This document shows positions 1 to 8,606 of a DNA stretch of 64,000 bases, piece after piece. The notes below the pieces were generated by a model. The model was given only the letters and a program-made list of their open reading frames with translations, was not told where the DNA came from and searched no databases. Numbering within the stretch: position 1 is the stretch's first letter; the number at the start of each line of letters is the position of its first letter. The stretch is taken from contig CAWAEF010000003.1 in assembly GCA_963780985.1 (NCBI GenBank), positions 110,693 to 174,692 on the forward strand, written 5' to 3'. Position numbers and translations under genes: made by a program. Source of the DNA: an uncultured Alphaproteobacteria bacterium. GTDB taxonomy: Bacteria > Pseudomonadota > Alphaproteobacteria > JAGOMX01.

Positions 1-708
1 GTTGTACCTACACCTGCAGTCCAACCACCGATTGCCCGACCTGCACCTGTTGTCGTACCTGCACCCGCCATAACAAGGGCACTGCCGCAAGGATTTGATA
101 TAAGAGCATACATAGCAAACAATCCGGACATAACAAGAGACGCCCCAAAGTTTAATATGACTCCAGAAAACTTTGCCATACATCAGTGGAAGACATGGGG
201 TTGGAACGAGGCCCGCGTTTTCCTTGCGCAATTCATGTTCCCACAGGCGTACCTGGATATGTATCCTGATGTACTGGAACTTGCCAAGCTACTGGGTAAG
301 AACCCACTTGTGTATGCCCAAGAGCATTGGTTTACGCGAGGCAGGTATGACGGCACTCAAGGTGAAGGTCGTCTCACCATGGCCGGCCCGTTTGTGAAGC
401 CGGATAATTTCTGTGTGGAAGCATATAGGGCGCTCTATCCCGATATCGATTTCCATGCACCACGCTTTGCTATGCGACCAGATATTTTTGCGATGGTACA
501 ATATATCAAGTGGGGTAAAGCCGAGGGTCGATTGGTGCTATCAAAGCCAATCATTGTTCCGAGTGGGTTTAACACTCAGAGATACATCGAAAAGTACCGC
601 GCAAAGCTTGAAGCCGAGGCAAAGAAATTTCGCGTGCCGGATCTTACCATTTATGCCAAAGCGCAGTACTCCCAATGGGGTGCCAGCGAAGGCCTAAACG
701 ACAAGTAA
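1..708 (+). CDS. C-terminal part of a repeat-family secreted protein. The reading frame is open to window position 1, and a Pro-rich linker is followed by four ~46-aa repeats.
   Basis: The frame of the listed ORF 157..708 stays open back to nt 1 (VVPTPAVQPPIARPAPVVVPAPA...FDIRAYIANNPDITRDAPKFNMTPENFAIHQWKTWG), which is another copy of the repeat. The repeats match those in 867..2510 and 3039..4157. The conserved C-terminus is YAKAQYSQWG. Confidence 0.7.
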   Translation, partial: VVPTPAVQPPIARPAPVVVPAPAITRALPQGFDIRAYIANNPDITRDAPKFNMTPENFAIHQWKTWGWNEARVFLAQFMFPQAYLDMYPDVLELAKLLGKNPLVYAQEHWFTRGRYDGTQGEGRLTMAGPFVKPDNFCVEAYRALYPDIDFHAPRFAMRPDIFAMVQYIKWGKAEGRLVLSKPIIVPSGFNTQRYIEKYRAKLEAEAKKFRVPDLTIYAKAQYSQWGASEGLNDK

Positions 709-733
709 AACCCCTCAATTAAGAACCAACGAG

Positions 734-767
734 CCCTTGAGAGTATAACGCTCTCAAGGGTTTTTTC
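734..767 (+). terminator. Rho-independent terminator (cccttgagag...ctctcaaggg followed by TTTTTT).
   Basis: A GC-rich 10-bp stem hairpin followed by a T-run, 26 nt downstream of the stop at 708. Confidence 0.55.
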
Positions 768-866
768 TATCTTGCTCCCGTTCCTGAAAAATGTTCTTAT
801 GTTGAAAAGATACTGCAACAATGAGCGCTCAGGGCATCGCCCTTCCTCATCCCATGGGAGACTAAC

Positions 867-2510
867 ATGCGACTTCGCCATTCTTACTTACACTTAGCGC
901 TCGTCATCTGTTTAGGCCTGACCCCAGCTATCACGTTCGCTAGCGTTCCAGTTCCAGATGAACTCACCAGTCGAAAGATCCAACTCACGAAAGGTGATAC
1001 ACACGGGCACACCAAAAGAGATCTCAAAAAGTTTGGCAAAAAACATCCTCGGGTAAAGCAAGATGTACCTAACGGCAATGCGGCCCGGAAAGTACTTCAA
1101 GAGCTAACACTTCCTGAAAATTTGGATTCCAACTCCCCTACCCTGGGTGGATATGGCGAAGTTTACTTGGCCAAGAATTACGTGGTTAAAATCTCAAAAC
1201 CGAGCGGCTCCACCACACCAGAGCGAGAGCTTGCCGGATTATTAGATTTAAAAAGGCGCTTGGGCGCAAACCCCTCCCCCGGCCTGACATTTTGTTGGCC
1301 TAAAGTCGCTTATGAGACTTCTCCGGCGGGGCATGGCAAAGCCAAACCAAAGCTGGGTGTGCAACCCTTCAACATGTACGTCTACGACAGGGTTAATCCT
1401 GTAAAATCGATGAAAACGGTTGTATGGGAAGCACTCGTTTTTAACTCCACGGGCTCAAGAATGGACATCTGTGCATTCGGTGAATGCTTGGGCAGGTTCC
1501 AAGCAAGTTCACTCCTGAAAATCGACAATGGCCGCTATGTTTCCAATGCGCACATGGATCTTAACTATAATAATATCCTGCCTACGGGCCTTCCGTCCCT
1601 GGGCCAAGCCCCAGCGTTTTCCCTTATTGACGTAGCGGATGTGCGTCTTGCGGCAGATCCAAATGCCCCAGAATTACCCATCGACCCTCTCTATTTCGTT
1701 CTTATATCCATACAATGGACCGCGGGATCGGAAGGGTACAGAAATCTTAGCCCGAGTACCAAGAAGAGGCACATACAGGCCTTCGCAAAAGAATTTTTTC
1801 TAGGTCTTTTGAAACCTTTTTCAAATGAAGTGAGAGAAGAACTAAAACCGATTTATACCACGTCGAGTGCAATAAATATCTTCACAGACAAAAGCCCAGG
1901 CAATAATCGTCGGAAAGTTTATCATGCAAACATATTTAGACATTATGACGCATGGATATTACCTGCCATTCGTGAGGCATTTCAGGATGTAGGGGCCCAA
2001 CCTAGCGCGATGCCCGCACCCATACCCGGCCTTCCTGCAGACTTTAATGTACAAGCTTATCTGGACATCTACCCAGATGTCGCCCGAGAAGCCCCTCACT
2101 TTAAGATGGACCCGCTCACCTTTGCAGCATACCAGTATGTCAACTGGGGCCGTTTTGAAGGCAGCCAAAATGAGGGACGCCTCTATCTGACGGGCCCTCT
2201 GGACGTACCCGCCGATTTCTGTGCGGAAGCCTACGCGGAAATGTATCCAGATATCGCTTTGGATGCGCCCCGGTTCTGCCTAGACCCCCTTGTATTTGCC
2301 AAGGTCCAGTACCACAAATGGGGTAGAACCGAGGGAAGGCTCGTCCTCACGAAGAAGATTGAGGTGCCTACGGACTTCAATGCTCAGAAGTATTTAGATA
2401 ATTATCCCCACTTTTACGAGGAAGCAAAGCAATATGGCGTTGACCCTCTTATTTACGCGAGGGCGCAATATTCCCAATGGGGTAAAGGCGAAGGTAGAAG
2501 CTATCAATAA
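867..2510 (+). CDS. Secreted protein with an N-terminal eukaryotic-like protein-kinase-like domain and three C-terminal family repeats.
   Basis: Signal-peptide-like N-terminus. Kinase-like motifs: GGYGEVYLAKNYVVKISK (Gly-loop/VAIK-like) and SNAHMDLNYNNILPTG (HxDLxxxNIL catalytic-loop-like). C-terminal repeats FNVQAYLDIYPDV...QYVNWGRFEG x3, ending YARAQYSQWGKGEGRSYQ. Confidence 0.7.
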   Translation: MRLRHSYLHLALVICLGLTPAITFASVPVPDELTSRKIQLTKGDTHGHTKRDLKKFGKKHPRVKQDVPNGNAARKVLQELTLPENLDSNSPTLGGYGEVYLAKNYVVKISKPSGSTTPERELAGLLDLKRRLGANPSPGLTFCWPKVAYETSPAGHGKAKPKLGVQPFNMYVYDRVNPVKSMKTVVWEALVFNSTGSRMDICAFGECLGRFQASSLLKIDNGRYVSNAHMDLNYNNILPTGLPSLGQAPAFSLIDVADVRLAADPNAPELPIDPLYFVLISIQWTAGSEGYRNLSPSTKKRHIQAFAKEFFLGLLKPFSNEVREELKPIYTTSSAINIFTDKSPGNNRRKVYHANIFRHYDAWILPAIREAFQDVGAQPSAMPAPIPGLPADFNVQAYLDIYPDVAREAPHFKMDPLTFAAYQYVNWGRFEGSQNEGRLYLTGPLDVPADFCAEAYAEMYPDIALDAPRFCLDPLVFAKVQYHKWGRTEGRLVLTKKIEVPTDFNAQKYLDNYPHFYEEAKQYGVDPLIYARAQYSQWGKGEGRSYQ

Positions 2511-2634
2511 AGCTTCTTGCCAGGTGGCCTTGTGCTTAAACAAGGCTCTTGTGCAAATCGAATGGGTAAAGGGTGATCAGTATGCTAAGCTGAACATGAG
2601 TGAGGGTAATTGCCATGCGAATTTTCCCCGCTCC

Positions 2635-2866
2635 CGTCATCCTGAACGGACGACCGCGAAGCGGGCGGGAGAGAAGGGTCCAGTCAGACATGTGTCGCGA
2701 AGCGACTCTGATGTAGATGGTCCCACTCATCTTGTTCAACGTCAAATGGACAGCTGGTTGTTTCGTTTGAATATTGGATATATTTTTAAGCAGAGTCGCT
2801 TCGCGACACGTGTTTAACTGGATCCTTCTCTACCGCCCGCTTCGCGGTCGTCCATTCAGTATGACG
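2635..2866. repeat. MITE-like palindromic element, family A, copy 1 (~232 bp with ~76-bp terminal inverted repeats).
   Basis: Left arm cgtcatcctgaacggacgaccgcgaagcgggcgggagagaagggtccagtcagacatgtgtcgcgaagcgactctg. Right arm is its near-perfect reverse complement ending ...cagtatgacg. A second full copy lies at 32349..32571. Confidence 0.7.
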
Positions 2867-3038
2867 TCTGCCAGGGGCAAAAGATTACATCCAGCCCACA
2901 CGTTTCGCTTAAGAGCCATAAACAAACAATCTGTTATACATAAAGCTTTGTTAGCGCTTAACTATATCTTGACAAAACAGAATGAAACAATGTATAAATT
3001 CAATACTGTATCTTTTTTTTATTTAGTAAGGTTAGACA

Positions 3039-4157
3039 ATGATTAAAACTGTTCGTTACTTTATTATCCTTCTGGCTTTTTCCGCCCAAGCCTATGGGTC
3101 TAATTTGATTGAGGAACTAGCTCCCCATACGGCTAAGTTTGCCAGGTTTATGGATAATCCGCCTCTTAACCCCTTCAATCCTCAAAGTATTCATGCATTT
3201 AACCGCTTAGCTAGGCCCTTTGCCGAATTTTTGCGGCTGAGTAACACTATACTTATGACTGAAGATCCTTTAAGTCCTCGACAGATCCTGGACCAACTGT
3301 CCGTCCTGCGTGTGGCTCATAACTATCCGGACCACATAGAAGAAGCCTTAGAACAGATCCGTGTCTATATTGCTGCTGGCAGCGATTATGATGCGGAAAC
3401 CAACATGAACTTAAATTATCTACTCCGCACCGTCTGGAGTTATATGCAGAACGATGGGCCCGAAGCTTTGGAAGGTAATTTAAGCGAACTATTCTTCTAC
3501 GTAGGACAAAACGTCTACGAGGGAGGCGGATGCTTCCCAGGTCATGTGGGACGACTGATGTTCCTGAACGGCCTTCATGTCCTGAGAAATCATCGTGCTC
3601 AGATGGAGTATCTCGGGCTGCCATACCCTATACTCGAGGAGGAGCCCCGAAGGCCGCCCATAGGGAATTTACCACGGAAGATCACGAAGCACCTGCCGCG
3701 CGGATTTCATGCACAGGCATACATAGACATGTATCCGGATATCATCAGGGACGCACCGCGCTTCAAGATGGACCCGTTCACCTTCGCGGCCTTTCAGTAC
3801 GTGAAGTGGGGCCGGTCAGAAAATAGAATCTATCTGACATGCCCTTTAGATGTGCCAGCTGACTTCAACGCCGAGGCCTATTGCTTGATGTATCCAGACG
3901 TCGAACAAAATGCTAAAAAATACTGCATGCAGCCCCTCATCTTCGCCAGAGTTCAGTATTTTCTTTGGGGTAGACAGAAGGGAAGACTATGCCTTACCAA
4001 GCCTATTGTCGTACCTGATGATTTTAATGCGGAACAATACTTACACAACCACCCCCGTATGTACGAAGAGGCTAAAAGATTCGGCGTTGAACCCTTAATT
4101 TACGCTATGGCTCAGTATTCCCAGTGGGGTAAGGACGAAAAGAATAGTTACAAGTAA
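3039..4157 (+). CDS. Secreted repeat-family protein (unique N-terminal domain plus three C-terminal family repeats).
   Basis: Signal peptide MIKTVRYFIILLAFSAQAYG. Repeats FHAQAYIDMYPDIIRDAPRFKMDPFTFAAFQYVKWGR..., FNAEAYCLMYPDV..., FNAEQYLHNHP..., ending YAMAQYSQWGKDE. Confidence 0.8.
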   Translation: MIKTVRYFIILLAFSAQAYGSNLIEELAPHTAKFARFMDNPPLNPFNPQSIHAFNRLARPFAEFLRLSNTILMTEDPLSPRQILDQLSVLRVAHNYPDHIEEALEQIRVYIAAGSDYDAETNMNLNYLLRTVWSYMQNDGPEALEGNLSELFFYVGQNVYEGGGCFPGHVGRLMFLNGLHVLRNHRAQMEYLGLPYPILEEEPRRPPIGNLPRKITKHLPRGFHAQAYIDMYPDIIRDAPRFKMDPFTFAAFQYVKWGRSENRIYLTCPLDVPADFNAEAYCLMYPDVEQNAKKYCMQPLIFARVQYFLWGRQKGRLCLTKPIVVPDDFNAEQYLHNHPRMYEEAKRFGVEPLIYAMAQYSQWGKDEKNSYK

Positions 4158-4270
4158 GGTGGCCACTCACCAAAAGTAGCAGGGCTGGGGGTGGCTTTCA
4201 CTGCCCCCTTCACCCTATTGGTCATCACAAGAGGCTAGGGGAAAGATTTCCTCTCCACCCCACATCATCC

Positions 4271-5158
4271 TCAAAACCCCTGAGGATCCGTATTCCTAGC
4301 CACAGCCAAAACCATATCCACTTGATACGGAATCTGCCCGCCGTCTTTTACAGAAACCGAGTCCATGTATTGATCTGTAACGTCCGTTATAAGCTGTTCC
4401 TGATCCGCTTCATTCAGGTGTGGTAAATAGCGACCGAGACCAGAACGCACGAATGCTTCCAACTCGCTCCGATCATTGAAGTACAATGAGTACACATGTT
4501 TTTCTGCTGTCACGTCCTTAAACCCAGCACGGGTCATAAAGTTTGCATACTGATCGGGTCTATAGGAAGACCTCGGCTCGACATGTTCAACAAGCTTCTC
4601 GCTCCATTTAGCCTGCTGCACGATAGACTCTATCGCACTCGATAGTGGGGATCCTTTCATCGGGTAAATAACAGCACAAGTGCCCCCTTCTTTCAACATG
4701 GACCGCATGGTCTTGAGGCTTATGACTTGTTTGGTGTCAGGTATATAGCCGACGGCCCAACTGCAGAAAACCATGTCGGCTTTATTCTTTAGTTTCCTGT
4801 CCGCCCTGAAAATATTTCCGTAACGGTTCTCAATTCGGGGATGTGCATGCTGCAATTCCGCAAACTCCACAAGCTCGGGGCTCAAGACATAGTTCATTAT
4901 CTTGGCATCCTCAATCTTGTCCACCAGAAACTGGCTGGTACGGCCCGTGTCAAAGCCTACCAGGACTATACGGGCATAATCGGGCATAATCATGCGCTTG
5001 GTGACCCGGTTAAAGAAGATACGAGAAGAATCATGCATGGGCAAATTGCCGTCAAACACTTCAGGACTCAACGACACCTTAAACGGCTCATCATAGGCCT
5101 GTGCAGGCGCAAGAAACATACAAACCAATGTCAATGCTGTGGCTAATTTTCTTATCAT
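4271..5158 (-). CDS. Secreted SAM-dependent methyltransferase-like protein.
   Basis: Signal peptide. VLVGFDTGRTSQF resembles methyltransferase motif I. ORF of 295 aa. Confidence 0.45.
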   Translation of the reverse strand: MIRKLATALTLVCMFLAPAQAYDEPFKVSLSPEVFDGNLPMHDSSRIFFNRVTKRMIMPDYARIVLVGFDTGRTSQFLVDKIEDAKIMNYVLSPELVEFAELQHAHPRIENRYGNIFRADRKLKNKADMVFCSWAVGYIPDTKQVISLKTMRSMLKEGGTCAVIYPMKGSPLSSAIESIVQQAKWSEKLVEHVEPRSSYRPDQYANFMTRAGFKDVTAEKHVYSLYFNDRSELEAFVRSGLGRYLPHLNEADQEQLITDVTDQYMDSVSVKDGGQIPYQVDMVLAVARNTDPQGF

Positions 5159-5394
5159 TCGAGACTCCTTTGTTATTATTAAGAGACCATTTCAAAACCA
5201 CATTTCACCTCTTCACTTGTGGAAGAGGTCCGGAGCGAAGCTTAGGGGTGAGGGGTACTAACAAGCAGTATTTATACCCCTCACCCGGCCTTCGGCCGAC
5301 CTCTCCCACAAGGGGAGAGGTGCTTCTAAACCGCCAAATGGAGTGTTTTGAAATGGTCATGTTAAAACACATTATAGACAAAGCCCCTGCAGAG

Positions 5395-6441
5395 TCAACT
5401 GCCGGTCATCTCGATGAGCCTTGATGTGGTCCTTGCAAACAGCTCGCTGTTCTTGCCCTCCTGATAGAGAAGATCTGGCTTTGCTGCCGCTGAGACCACT
5501 AGATTCACATCCCGGTCATAGAGGATGTCGATCAGCGTCATAAACCGCCTCGCCTGATTATGCATATCCGCATTCATAACCGGCACGTCTTCAAGCAGGA
5601 TAGTATGGAAGTGATCGGCCAAGCTCAAGTAATCCGAGGCACCCAGCGTTTCCTCACACATGTCATCAAAACTAACACGGGCAACCCCGTTCGAAGCCCG
5701 CGAAATAACGATCTCACGACCATTAACCAACATGTGCACTGCTTGCTCAGGTCTGCCATCAGACAACTCACCATAAATAACATCAATCTCATGGGCCGCA
5801 TGTGCGTTAATGGGTGAAAAATAACGTTTATGCTTATGCAATATAGCTCGCCGATAATCCACAGGACCATCCAGCGCAACCTCGCGACAATGCTGTTTCA
5901 GCACCTCCACAAAGGGCAAGAAACGATCCCTGTGCAAACCATTCTTATAAAGCTCATCAGGCTTCTGATTGGACGTGGCCACCATCACCACTCCCTGTTT
6001 AAAAAGGAGGGTAAACAGCCGCCCCAGAATCATCGCATCCGCTATATCTGTGACATGAAACTCATCAAAACAAATCACATGGGCCCTATGGGCGATCTCC
6101 CGGGCAAGCATTTCAATGGGCTGTTCTTTGGTGACGCCACTCAGGGCCTTTAAGCGCTGGTGAACGGCCTGCTGCATGAAGGCATGGAAGTGCCAACGTT
6201 CTTTGCGCTGCAGCCAAAGGCCATCGTAGAAAGCATCCATCAACATGGTCTTGCCCCGCCCCACGGAGCCATAGATATACAAACCTTTAATCGGGGCCTT
6301 GTGTTGCCAGTTCAAGAATGAAAGGAACTTATCCTTAAACGAGCGCGACTCCCACGCCATAAGCTCAGCCTCCAGCTGCAGCAGGTCACGGGCTACCCCC
6401 TGTTGGGCGGGATCAAGGATAAGTCCAAATGGTATTTTCAT
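5395..6441 (-). CDS. zapE: AFG1/ZapE family ATPase.
   Basis: Walker A GSVGRGKT, Walker B VICFDEF, and overall AFG1-like layout over 348 aa. Confidence 0.75.
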   Translation of the reverse strand: MKIPFGLILDPAQQGVARDLLQLEAELMAWESRSFKDKFLSFLNWQHKAPIKGLYIYGSVGRGKTMLMDAFYDGLWLQRKERWHFHAFMQQAVHQRLKALSGVTKEQPIEMLAREIAHRAHVICFDEFHVTDIADAMILGRLFTLLFKQGVVMVATSNQKPDELYKNGLHRDRFLPFVEVLKQHCREVALDGPVDYRRAILHKHKRYFSPINAHAAHEIDVIYGELSDGRPEQAVHMLVNGREIVISRASNGVARVSFDDMCEETLGASDYLSLADHFHTILLEDVPVMNADMHNQARRFMTLIDILYDRDVNLVVSAAAKPDLLYQEGKNSELFARTTSRLIEMTGS

Positions 6442-6489
6442 GGTTATCAGACTATCAGGAACTGCAACACTTTGCCATCATCCCGCATG

Positions 6490-7722
6490 CTAGAATGCTT
6501 TCTTGCCTAGAACATAAGTAGCAAGCACTTCCAGCTCCTCATTAAGAGCAATGAAATCCGCATCTGCGCCTACATTGAGAGTACCTTTGGTATTCGCTAT
6601 CCCCAGTAGCCTCGCTGGACTGAGAGTAGCCGCCTCGATAGCCTCAAACCATGGGCAGGAACAATAGCCAACTAAATTTAGCACCGCCTCATCCATACTT
6701 AACACACTACCAGCCAGCGTATTGGTACCAGAGATAGTGGCTCTTAGATCACGAGTCACATCAACTTTCATAGAACCCAAAGTGTAACTGCCCTCTCCCA
6801 ACCCCATGGCCGCCATGGCATCGGTCACCAGTATAAGGCCTTTCGGATGAGCCTTTCGGGCTAAATTAATTGTTGCGGGATGTAAGTGATGGCGATCCAC
6901 GATCACCGAATAAAACATATCATCGTGATTCAGAACCCTCGCCACAACCCCGGGATCTCGGTGATTAAAGGGCATGGCATTAAAGAGATGAGTTGCACAC
7001 TTAAGGCCCTGAGCCGTGGCCCGAAACATCCCCATATAACTAGCATTGGTATGACCCGCAGATACAATTATTCCCCTCCTGTAAAGGGCACCAATAGCCT
7101 CATGGGCTTCCGGCACCTCAGGAGCCAGTGTCACCATTCTTACCCCTTCAAGACTGCCGTAAAAATCCTTTGGGTCAGGATATGCACAGCCCAAGACGTT
7201 ACCATGATCATGAGCACCACATTGCTCTTTACTCAAAAAGGGCCCCTCTAGATGCATCCCCAATATGTTCGCACCATGCGCTCCTCCCGCTTTGGGCTGA
7301 AGATGCGGCATACACAAAGGATATTCTTCCTGCTTCAAGGAAACCAAGGTAGGAAGAAAAGAAGTAACACCGAAACGAGTCAACTGCTTAGCTACCTCAG
7401 CCACTCGCTCTGGTGAGCGCGAAAAGTCGACGCCAAAAGCACCATTGATTTGCAGATCAATGTATCCAGGCGCAAGGAAATTGCCTTCCATATCTATGGA
7501 CACATCAGCTTGTTCCCTAGGCTCGATTATTTTGCTGCCCCGAACCCAAATTTCACCATGAAGGTCATCGAGGTGACGAACTTCTGCGGCCGGATCACTA
7601 ATAACTTTAGCGTTGTAATATCGATAAACTTTGTCATCAGGCATTTCATCATCACTAGCATATGATGGGAGAACAGAAGTAAATAAAACAGCTGATGTCA
7701 CAAAGGTCTTAATGATCTGCAT
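6490..7722 (-). CDS. nagA: N-acetylglucosamine-6-phosphate deacetylase-like amidohydrolase.
   Basis: GYIDLQINGAFGVDFS motif and amidohydrolase His/Asp pattern over 410 aa. Confidence 0.65.
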   Translation of the reverse strand: MQIIKTFVTSAVLFTSVLPSYASDDEMPDDKVYRYYNAKVISDPAAEVRHLDDLHGEIWVRGSKIIEPREQADVSIDMEGNFLAPGYIDLQINGAFGVDFSRSPERVAEVAKQLTRFGVTSFLPTLVSLKQEEYPLCMPHLQPKAGGAHGANILGMHLEGPFLSKEQCGAHDHGNVLGCAYPDPKDFYGSLEGVRMVTLAPEVPEAHEAIGALYRRGIIVSAGHTNASYMGMFRATAQGLKCATHLFNAMPFNHRDPGVVARVLNHDDMFYSVIVDRHHLHPATINLARKAHPKGLILVTDAMAAMGLGEGSYTLGSMKVDVTRDLRATISGTNTLAGSVLSMDEAVLNLVGYCSCPWFEAIEAATLSPARLLGIANTKGTLNVGADADFIALNEELEVLATYVLGKKAF

Positions 7723-7800
7723 GGCGCCTATCCTAATGAGTGTTCAACAACATAGCTTACCATACAAATTGAGGAAGAGGAATTAGGCCTAACCTCTAAT

Positions 7801-8190
7801 TTAATGTCTCAAAGGAGGCTCCGTAGACAGGGTGACATCAACCCGCAAATGCTCGAAGGTAACCTGTGGCATAATCTCACCTGTCTTTTTACGCTTCAGC
7901 CTAACGAGCCCATAGCGTTCCATTGTCCGCAATGTGCGCGATAAGTTGCTCTTATGGCGGCCTGACAGCTCAGACAACTCGGTCATTGACTGAGGCTTGG
8001 TTTGAGCAATAAGCTCGAGTAATAATTTGTTAGGAGTTGAAAGAACTTGTGCCAGAGACTCCAATGAATTAAACCAAATCTTAGGCTCACTGGCCGTGGG
8101 CTTATGCTCGCCCCGTGCGATAGCCATAGTACGGTTCCAAATGTCATCATAAGAGGCAATGCCAACCCGCAGAATATGTACGTTTCTCAT
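7801..8190 (-). CDS. Winged-HTH (MarR-like) DNA-binding protein, possible antitoxin-like partner of the upstream small gene.
   Basis: HTH segment MTELSELSGRHKSNLSRTLRTMERYGLVRL. The coding region directly abuts the upstream small ORF (2 nt apart). Confidence 0.4.
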   Translation of the reverse strand: MRNVHILRVGIASYDDIWNRTMAIARGEHKPTASEPKIWFNSLESLAQVLSTPNKLLLELIAQTKPQSMTELSELSGRHKSNLSRTLRTMERYGLVRLKRKKTGEIMPQVTFEHLRVDVTLSTEPPLRH

Positions 8191-8191
8191 C

Positions 8192-8534
8192 TTAACTGTT
8201 CCTTCTCATGATACGCTCAACGTCCTTCCGAAAGTCTTCTAAAAGAGTCGCAGCATCCTTGTATTCATATTTAACGATTTTACCGCTCCTATGCATATGA
8301 TCGTGAGTCTTTATCGATGCATTTTTGGGCAGAGCATGAGCATTATCGTATCCTAGCACCCTCTTCTCCCCTGGCGTCGTGAAGGGTGAGAGAATACTTG
8401 ATTCCATATGGCTTTGCCTCATCATTCTGTACCCGTTGAGCTTCGATCTTTATCCAGAATCCACCACCCAATGTTGCGATCATGCCATCTAGCTCGATCA
8501 AAGTTTCAAGCGTGTAATCGCGATGTTCACGCAT
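8192..8534 (-). pseudogene. Small gene split by a frameshift (ORFs 8343..8534 and 8192..8425 overlap in different frames), possibly the toxin-like partner of a two-gene module.
   Basis: Two overlapping ORFs on the same strand whose translations look like one ~110-aa protein interrupted near 8.35-8.42 kb. Confidence 0.3.
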
Positions 8535-8606
8535 ATCTTTATCCTAACACATATATCAGCGGATGATAACTTAAATCTTTTAGAAAATGGACACAACCCT
8601 TTTAAA

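Noticed and set aside
2434-3046. ORFs 2434..2817, 2536..2745 and 2774..3046 with peptides like RPLRGRPFRMT.
   Set aside because: They lie entirely within or across MITE family A copy 1. The same peptide recurs in ORF 32181..32456 over copy 2. These are translation artefacts of the inverted repeat, not genes.
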